Shown here: positions 54,901 to 64,000 of the stretch, in pieces
Position numbering within the stretch: the stretch's first letter is position 1
Layout of the letters: the number at the start of each line of letters is the position of its first letter
DNA from: Azolla caroliniana
Lineage: Eukaryota > Plantae > Polypodiophyta
DNA length: 64,000 nt
Direction of reading: 5' to 3'
NCBI GenBank assembly: GCA_043228905.1
Contig: JBHGNT010000023.1
Span: 124,001 to 188,000 of the forward strand
Program-made: the position numbers and the translations under genes
Notes under the pieces: generated by a model
Told to the model about the DNA's origin: nothing
Seen by the model: the letters and a program-made list of their open reading frames with translations, nothing else
Database searches by the model: none

Positions 54901-56990
54901 TAAAATGTTCATACCTGGCTCGTGTGATATCGGACTTTTGTGTTCAAACTTGCGAATCGAAGCTAACAACGCTTGCTATGACACAGAATTAAAAAATCAA
55001 GATTTTGAAACTCAGGTCGAGAGACATGAAGAAATTAGAAAATTTGAGGAGGGAGTGGACAAGAGCTAGTAGGTAAATTAAAATGTTCATACCTGGCTCG
55101 TTTGATATCGGATTTTTGTGTTCAAACATGCAAATCGAAGCTAACTACACTAGCTATGATACAGAATTAAAAAATCAAGATTTTGAAACTCAGGTCGAGA
55201 GACATGAACCAATTAGCAAATTTGAGGAGGGAGTGGACAAGAGCTAGTAGGTAAATTAAAATATTCATACCTGGCTCGTGTGATATTGGATTTTTCTGTT
55301 CAAACATGCGAATCGAAACTAACTACGCTAGCTATGATACAGAATTAAAAAATCAAGATTTTGAAACTCAGGTCGAGAGACATGAAACAAATTAGCAAAT
55401 TTGAGGAGGGAGTGGACAAGAGATAGTAGCTAAATTAAAATGTTCATACCTGGCTCGTGTGATATCGGATTTTTGTGTTCCAACATGCGAATCGAAGCTA
55501 GCTACGCTACCGATGATACAGAACTAAAAAATCAAGATTTTGAAACTCAGGTCGAGAGACATGAACAAATTAGCAAATTTTAGGAGGGAGTGGACAAGAG
55601 ATAGTAGGTAAATTAAAATGTTCATACCTGGCTCGTGTGATATCGGATTTTTGTGTTCAAACATGTGAATCGAAGCTATCTACGCTAACTATGATATAGA
55701 ATTAAAAAATCAAGATGTTGAAACTCAGGTCGAGAGACATGAAGAAATTAGCAAATTTGAGGAGGGACTGGACAAGACCTAGTAGGTAAATTAAAATGTT
55801 CATACCTGGCTCGTTTGATATCGGATTTTTGTGTTCAAACATGCGAATCGAAGCTAACTACGCTAGCTATGATATAGAATTAAAAAATCAAGATTTTGAA
55901 ACTCAGGTCGAGAGACATGAACAAATTAGCAAATTTGAGGAGGGAGTGGACAAGAGATAGTAGGTAAATAAAAATGTTCATACCTGGCTCGCGTGATATC
56001 GGATTTTTGTGTTCAAACATGCGAATCGAAGCTAACTACGCTAGCTATGATACAGAATTAAAAAATCAAGATTTTGAAACTCAGGTCGAGAGACATGAAG
56101 AAATTAGCAAATTTGAGGAGGGAGTGGACAAGAGCTAGTAGGTAAATTAAAATGTTCATACCTGGCTCGTTTGATATCGGATTTTTGTGTTCAAACATGC
56201 GAATCGAAGCTAACTACGCTAGCTATGATACAGAATTAAAAAATCAAGATTTTGAAACTCAGGTCGACAGACATGATAGAATTAGCAAATTTGAGGAGGG
56301 AGTGGACAAGAGCTAGTAGGTAAATTAAAATGTTCATACCTGGCTCGTTTGATATCGGATTTTTGTGTTCAAACATGCGAATCGAAGCTAACTACGCTAG
56401 CTATGATACAGAATTAAAAAATCAAGATTTTGAAACTCAGGTCGAGAGACATGAACCAATTAGCAAATTTGAGGAGGGAGTGGACAAGAGCTAGTAGGTA
56501 AATTAAAATGTTCATACCTGGCTCGTGTGATATCGGATTTTTGTGTTCAAACTTGCGAATCGAAGCTAACTATGCTAGCTATGATATAGAATTAAAAAAT
56601 CAAAGTTTTGAACCTCAGGTCGAGAGACATGAAGAAATTAGCAAATTTGAGGAGGGAGTGGACAAGAGCTAGTAGGTAAATTAAAATGTTCATACCTGGC
56701 TCGTGTGATATCGGACTTTTGTGTTCAAACTTGCGAATCGAAGCTAACAACGCTTGCTATGACACAGAATTAAAAAATCAAGATTTTGAAACTCAGGTCG
56801 AGAGACATGAAGAAATTAGAAAATTTGAGGAGGGAGTGGACAAGAGCTAGTAGGTAAATTAAAATGTTCATACCTGGCTCGTTTGATATCGGATTTTTGT
56901 GTTCAAACATGCAAATCGAAGCTAACTACACTAGCTATGATACAGAATTAAAAAATCAAGATTTTGAAACTCAGGTCGAGAGACATGAAG
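53480..56990 (+). repeat. Tandem 10-monomer (1781 bp) duplication
   Basis: The insertion marker lies at 53600 and 55381 (1781 = 10x178+1). 'taccgatga', 'gggactgg', 'taaataaaaat' and 'ctatgctag' repeat at the same offset. Confidence 0.85.
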
Positions 56991-59900
56991 AAATTAGCAA
57001 ATGTGAGGAGGGAGTGGACAAGAGCGCGTAGGTAAATTAAAATGTTCATACCTGGCTCGTGTGATATCGGACTTTTGTGTTCAAACTTGCGAATCGAAGC
57101 TAACGACGCTTGCTATGACACAGAATTAAAAAATCAAGATTTTGAAACTCAGGTCGAGAGACATGAAGAACTTAGCAAATGTGAGGAGGGAGTGGACAAG
57201 AGCTAGTAGGTAAATTAAAATGTTCATACCTGGCTCGTGTGATATCGGATTTTTGTGTTCAAACATGCGAATCGAAGCTAACTACGCTAGCTATGATACA
57301 GAATTAAAAAATCAAGATTTTGAAACTCAGGTCGAGAGACATGAGGAAATCAGCAAATTTGAGGAGGGAGTGGACAAGAGCTAGTAGGTAAATTAAAATG
57401 TTCATACCTGCCTCATGTGATATCGGAATTTTGTGTTCAAACTTGCGAATCGAAGATAACAACGCTTGCTATGATATAGAATTAAAAAATCAAGACTTTA
57501 AAACTCAGGTCGAGAGACATGACTGAATTAGCAAATTTGAGGAGGGAGTGGACAAGAGCTAGTAGGTAAATTAAAATGTTCATACCTGGCTCGTGCGATA
57601 TCGGATTTTTGTGTTCAAACTTGCGAATCGAAGCTAACAACGGTTGCTATGATACACAATTAAAAAATCAATATTTTGGAACTCAGGTCGAGAGACATAA
57701 AGAAATTAGCAACTTTGAGGAGGGAGTGGACAAGAGCGCGTAGGTAAATTAAAATGTTCATACGTGGCTCGTGTGATATCGGATTTTTGTGTTGAAACTT
57801 GCGAATCGAAGCTAACTACGCTAGCTATGATACAAAATTAAAAAATCAAGATTTTGAAACTCAGGTCGAGAGACATGACCGAATTAGCAAATTTGAGGAG
57901 GGAGTGGACAAGAGCTAGTAGGTAAATTAAAATGTTCATACCTGGCTCGTGTGATATCGGATTTTTGTGTTGAAACTTGCGAATCGAAGCTAACAACGCT
58001 TGCTATGATACAGAATTAAAACATCAAGATTTTGAAACTCAGGTCGAGAGACATGAAGAAATTAGCAAATTTGAGGAGGGAGTGGAGAAGAGCGCGTAGG
58101 TAAATTAAAATGTTCATACCTGGCTCGTGCGACATCGGATTTCTGTGTTCAAACATGCGAATCGAAGCTAACTACGCTTACTATGATACAGAATTAAAAA
58201 ATCAAGATTTTGAAACTCAGGTCGAGAGACATGAAGAAATTAGCAAATTTGAGGAGGGAGTGGAGAAGAGCGCGTTAGTAAATTAAAATGTTCATGCCTG
58301 GCTCGTGTGATATCGGACTTTTGTGTTCAAACTTGCGAATCGAAGCTAACAACGCTTGCTATGACACAGAATTAAAAAATCAAGATTTTGAAACTCAGGT
58401 CGAGAGACATGAAGAAATTAGCAAATTTGAGGAGGGAGTGGACAAGACCTAGTAGGTAAATTAAATGTTCATACCTGGCTCGTGTGATATCGGACTTTTG
58501 TGTTCAAACATGAGAATCGAAGCTAACAACGCTTGCTATGATACAGAATTAAAAAATCAAAATTTTGAAACTCAGGTCGAGAAACATGAACAAATTAGCA
58601 AATTTGAGGAGGGAGTGGAGAAGAGCGCGTTAGTAAATTAAAATGTTCATACGTGGCTCGTGTGATATCGGATTTTTGTGTTCAAACATGCAAATCGAAG
58701 CTAACTACACTAGCTATGATACAGAATTAAAAAATGAAGATTTTGAAACTCACGTCGAGAGATATGAACAAATTCGAAAATTTGAGGAGGGAGTGGACAA
58801 GAGCTAGTAGGTAAATTAAAATGTTCATACCTGGCTCGTGTGATATCGGATTTTTGTGTTCAAACATGAGAATCGAAGCTAACAACGCTTGCTATGATAC
58901 AGAATTAAAAAATCAAGATTTTGAAACTCAGGTCGAAAGACATGAAGAAATTAGCAAATTTGAGGAGGGAGTGGACAAGAGCTAGTAGGTAAATTAAAAT
59001 GTTCATACGTGGCTCGTGTGATATCAGATTTTGTGTTCAAACATGCGAATCGAAGCTAACTACACTAGCTATGATACAGAATTAAAAAATCAAGATTTTG
59101 GAACTCAGGTCGAGAGACATGAAGAAATTAGCAAATTTGAGGAGGGAGTGGACAAGAGCTAGTAGGTAAATTAAAATGTTCATACCTGCCTCATGTGATA
59201 TCGGATTTTTGTGTTCAAACTTGCGAATCGAAGCTAACAACGCTTGCTATGATATAGAATTAAAAAATCAAGACTTTAAAACTCAGGTCGAGAGACATGA
59301 CCGAATTAGCAAATTTGAGGAGGGAGTGGACAAGAGCTAGTAGGTAAATTAAAATGTTCATACCTGGCTCGTGCGATATCGGATTTTTGTGTTCAAACTT
59401 GCGAATCGAAGCTAACAACGGTTGCTATGATACACAATTAAAAAATCAATATTTTGGAACTCAGGTCGAGAGACATAAAGAAATTAGCAACTTTGAGGAG
59501 GGAGTGGACAAGAGCGCGTAGGTAAATTAAAATGTTCATACATGGCTCGTGTGATATCGGATTTTTGTGTTGAAACTTGCGAATCGAAGCTAACAACGCT
59601 TGCTATGATACAGAATTAAAAAATCAAGATTTTGAAACTCAGGTCGAGAGACATGAAGAAATTAGCAAATTTGAGGAGGGAGTGGACAAGAGCGCGTAGG
59701 TAAATTAAAATGTTCATACCTGGCTCGTGTGATATCGGATTTTTGTGTTCAAACATGTGAATCGAAGCTAACTACGCTTACTATAATACAGAATTAAAAA
59801 ATCAAGATTTTGAAACTCAGGTCGAGAGACATGAACAAATTAGCAAATTTGAGGAGGGAGTGGACAAGAGCTAGTAGGTAAATGAAAATGTTCATACCTG

Positions 59901-61599
59901 GCTCGTGTGATATCGGACTTTTGTATTCAAACTTGCGAATCGAAGCTAACAACGCTTGCTATGACACAGAATTAAAAAATCAAGATTTTGAAACTTAGGT
60001 CGAGAGACATGAAGAAATTAGCAAATTTGAGGAGGGAGTGGACAAGACCTAGTAGGTAAATTAAATGTTCATACCTGGCTCGTGTGATATCGGACTTTTG
60101 TGTTCAAACATGAGAATCAAAGCTAACAACGCTTGCTATGATACAAAATTAAAAAATCAAGATTTTGAAACTCAGGTCGAGAAACATGAAGAAATTAGCA
60201 AACTTGAGGAGGGAGTGGACAAGAGCGCGTAGGTAAATTAAAATGTTCATACCTGGCTCGTGTGATATCGGACTTTTGTGTTCAAACATGCGAATCGAAG
60301 CTAACTACGCTTATTATGACACAGAATTAAAAAAATCAAGATTTTGAAACTCAGGTCGAGAGACATGAAGAAATTAGCAAATTTGAGGAGGGAGTGGACA
60401 TGACCTAGTAGGTAAATTAAAATGTTCATACCCGGCTCGTGTGATATCGGATTTTTGTGTTCAAACATGAGAATCGAAGCTAACAACGCTTGGTATGATA
60501 CAGAATTAAAAAAGCAAGATTTTGAAACTCAGGTCGAGAGACATGAAGAAATTAGCAAATTTGAGGAGGGAGTGGACAAGAGCTAGTAGGTAAATTAATA
60601 TGTTCATACCTGGCTCGTGTGATATCGGACTTTTGTGTTCAAACTTGCGAATCGAAGCTAACAACCCTTGCTATGACACAGAATTAAAAAATCAAGATTT
60701 TGAAACTCAGGTCGAGAGACATGAAGAAATTAGCAAATTTGAGGAGGGAGTGGACAAGAGCGCGTAGGTAAATTAAAATGTTCATACCTGGCTCGTGTGA
60801 TATCGGATTTTTGTGTTCAAAAATGCGAATCGAAGCTAACTACGCTAGCTATGATACAGAATTAAAAAATCAAGATTTTGAAACTCAGGTCGAGAGACAT
60901 GAAGAAATTAGCAAATTTGAGGAGGGAGTGGACATGACCTGGTAGGTAAATTAAAATGTTCATACCTGGCTCGTGTGATATCGGATTTTTGTGTTGAAAC
61001 TTGCGAATCGAAGCTAACAACGCTTGCTATGATACTGAATTAAAAAATCAAGATTTTGAAACTCAGGTCGAGAGACATGAAGAAATTAGCAAATTTGAGG
61101 AGGGAGTGGAGAAGAGCGCGTAGGTAAATTAAAATGTTCATACCTGGCTCGTGCGATATCGGATTTTTGTGTTCAAACATGCGAATCGAAGCTAACTACG
61201 CTTACTATGATACAGAATTAAAAAATCAAGATTTTGAAACTCAGATCGAGAGACATTAAGAAATTAGCAAATTTGAGGAGGGAGTGGACAAGACCTAGTA
61301 GGTAAATTAATATGTTCATACCTGGCTCGTGTGATATCGGACTTTTGTGTTCAAACTTGCGAATCGAAGCTAACAACCCTTGCTATGACACAGAATTAAA
61401 AAATCAAGATTTTGAAACTCAGGTCGAGAGACATGAAGAAATTAGCAAATTTGAGGAGGGAGTGGACAAGAGCTAGTAGGTAAATTAAAATGTTCATACC
61501 TGGCTCGTGTGATATCGGATTTTTGTGTTCAAAAATGCGAATCGAAGCTAACTACGCTAGCTATGATACAGAATTAAAAAATCAAGATTTTGAAACTCA

Positions 61600-62320
61600 G
61601 GTCGAGAGACATGAACAAATTAGCAAATTTGAGGAGGGAGTGGACAAGAGCTAGTAGGTAAATTAAAATGTTCATACCTGGCTCGTGCGATATCGGATTT
61701 TTGTGTTCAAACATGCGAATCGAAGCTAACTACGCTAGCTATGATACAGAATTAAAAAATCAAGATTTTGAAACTCAGGTCGAGAGACATGACCGAATTA
61801 GCAAATTTGAGGAGGGAGTGGACAAGAGCTAGTAGGTAAATTAAAATGTTCATACGTGGCTCGTGTGATATCGGATTTTTGTGTTGAAACTTGCGAATCG
61901 AAGCTAACAACGCTTGCTATGATACAGAATTAAAAAATCAAGATTTTGAAACTCAGGTCGAGAGACATGAACAAATTAGCAAATTTGAGGAGGGAGTGGA
62001 CAAGAGCTAGTAGGTAAATTAAAATGTTCATACCTGGCTCGTGCGATATCGGATTTCTGTGTTCAAACATGCGAATCGAAGCTAACTACGCTAGCTATGA
62101 TACAGAATTAAAAAATCAAGATTTTGAAACTCAGGTCGAGAGACATGACCGAATTAGCAAATTTGAGGAGGGAGTGGACAAGAGCTAGTAGGTAAATTAA
62201 AATGTTCATACGTGGCTCGTGTGATATCGGATTTTTGTGTTGAAACTTGCGAATCGAAGCTAACAACGCTTGCTATGATACAGAATTAAAAAATCAAGAT
62301 TTTGAAACTCAGGTCGAGAG
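61600..62320 (+). repeat. Tandem 2-monomer (356 bp) duplication
   Basis: 'gctcgtgcga' at 61681/62037 and 'gaccgaatt' at 61791/62147. Confidence 0.75.
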
Positions 62321-64000
62321 ACATGTAGAAATTAGCAAATTTGAGGAGGGAGTGGAGAAGAGCGCGTAGGTAAATTAAAATGTTCATACCTGGCTCGTGC
62401 GACATCGGATTTTTGTGTTCAAACATGCGAATCGAAGCTAACTACGCTTACTATGATACAGAATTAAAAAAGCAAGATTTTGAAACTCAGGTCGAGAGAC
62501 ATGAAGAAATTAGCAAATTTGAGGAGGGAGTGGACAAGAGCTAGTAGGTAAATTAATATGTTCATGGCTGGCTCGTGTGATATCGGACTTTTGTATTCAA
62601 ACTTGCGAATCGAAGCTAACAACGCTTGCTATGACACAGAATTAAAAAATCAAGATTTTGAAACTCAGGTGGAGAGACATGAAGAAATTAGCAAATTTGA
62701 GGAGGGAGTGGACAAGACCTAGTAGGTAAATTAAATGTTCATACCTGGCTCGTGTGATATCGGACTTTTGTGTTCAAACATGAGAATCAAAGCTAACAAC
62801 GCTTGCTATGATACAAAATTAAAAAATCAAGATTTTGAAACTCAGGTCGAGAAACATGAAGAAATTAGCAAACTTGAGGAGGGAGTGGACAAGAGCGCGT
62901 AGGTAAATTAAAATGTTCATACCTGGCTCGTGTGATATCGGATTTTTCTGTTCAAACATGCGAATCGAAACTAACTACGCTAGCTATGATACAGAATTAA
63001 AAAATCAAGATTTTGAAACTCAGGTCAAGAGACATGAAGAAATTAGCAAATTTGAGGAGCGAGTGGACAAGAGATAGTAGCTAAATTAAAATGTTCATAC
63101 CTGGCTCGTGTGATATAGGATTTTTGTGTTCAAACATGGAATCGAAGCTAACTACGCTACCTATGATACAGAATTAAAAAATCAAGATTTTGAAACTCAG
63201 GTCAAGAGACATGAAGAAATTAGCAAATTTGAGGAGGGAGTGGACAAGAGATAGTAGGTAAATTAAAATGTTCATACCTGGCTCGCGTGATATCGGATTT
63301 TTGTGTTCAAACATGCGAATCGAAGCTAACTACGCTAGCTATGATATAGAATTAAAAAATCAAGATTTTGAAACTTAGGTCGAGAGACATGAACAAATTA
63401 GCAAATTTGAGGAGGGAGTGGACAAGAGCTAGTAGGTAAATTAAAATGTTCATACGTGGCTCGTGTGATATCGGATTTTTGTGTTGAAACTTGCGAATCG
63501 AAGCTAACAACGCTTGCTATGATACAGAATTAAAACATCAAGATTTTGAAACTCAGGTCGAGAGACATGAAGAAATTAGCAAATTTGAGGAGGGAGTGGA
63601 GAAGAGCGCGTAGGTAAATTAAAATATTCATACCTGGCTCGTGTGATATTGGATTTTTCTGTTCAAACATGCGAATCGAAACTAACTACGCTAGCTATGA
63701 TACAGAATTAAAAAATCAAGATTTTGAAACTCAGGTCGAGAGACATGAAACAAATTAGCAAATTTGAGGAGGGAGTGGACAAGAGATAGTAGCTAAATTA
63801 AAATGTTCATACCTGGCTCGTGTGATATCGGATTTTTGTGTTCCAACATGCGAATCGAAGCTAGCTACGCTACCGATGATACAGAACTAAAAAATCAAGA
63901 TTTTGAAACTCAGGTCGAGAGACATGAACAAATTAGCAAATTTTAGGAGGGAGTGGACAAGAGATAGTAGGTAAATTAAAATGTTCATACCTGGCTCGTG

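Larger units (their letters stand above)
1..64000. repeat. Tandem satellite DNA array, 178-bp monomer, about 360 copies, probably centromeric or pericentromeric
   Basis: 'taactacgctagctatga' at 1 recurs at 179, 357 and onward with a 178-bp period to the end of the window (64000/178 = about 359.6). Monomers differ at only a few positions. No non-repeat sequence or orientation switch was seen. The centromeric role is inferred only from monomer length and array homogeneity. Confidence 0.98.

Noticed and set aside
24011-60486. Minus-strand ORFs of 61-67 aa (MLASI...)
   Set aside because: These are antisense read-throughs created by a 1-bp A-tract insertion or a point variant. There is no coding evidence.
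1-64000. CRISPR array or other prokaryotic repeat-spacer system
   Set aside because: There are no unique spacers: the full 178 bp is repeated, and no cas or other genes are present.
1-64000. Tandem 5S rRNA, tRNA, snRNA or spliced-leader gene array
   Set aside because: I found no recognisable 5S, tRNA or snRNA sequence. Variants are spread across the unit with no conserved-gene versus variable-spacer partition.
1-64000. Embedded transposon, inversion or unique island
   Set aside because: Reading through the window, the 178-bp phase continues on the same strand throughout, with only small indels (23 bp at most). A very short insertion could have been missed by eye.

Overview
The whole 64 kb window is one uninterrupted, head-to-tail tandem satellite array of about 360 copies of a 178-bp monomer (about 37% GC), all in one orientation. 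Consensus read by eye: taactacgctagctatgatacagaattaaaaaatcaagattttgaaactcaggtcgagagacatgaa(c/g)aaattagcaaatttgaggagggagtggacaagagctagtaggtaaattaaaatgttcatacctggctcgtgtgatatcggatttttgtgttcaaacatgcgaatcgaagc. I see no genes, RNA genes, transposon insertions, CRISPR spacers or inversions, and the listed ORFs are chance read-throughs of the repeat. Monomer length and homogeneity fit a eukaryotic centromeric or pericentromeric satellite. I cannot name the family or species; it does not resemble the Arabidopsis CEN178 consensus as I recall it. The structure lies in the variants: a patchwork of recent multi-monomer duplications (2-, 3-, 8/9/10-, 17-, 18-, 19-, 22- and 27/28-mers), two variant domains, CpG-decay variants at all six CpGs, a quasi-palindrome with a compensatory-looking double variant, and a cluster of unique deletions at 50.7-52.1 kb. 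Coordinates and counts were obtained by hand, and block boundaries are approximate.
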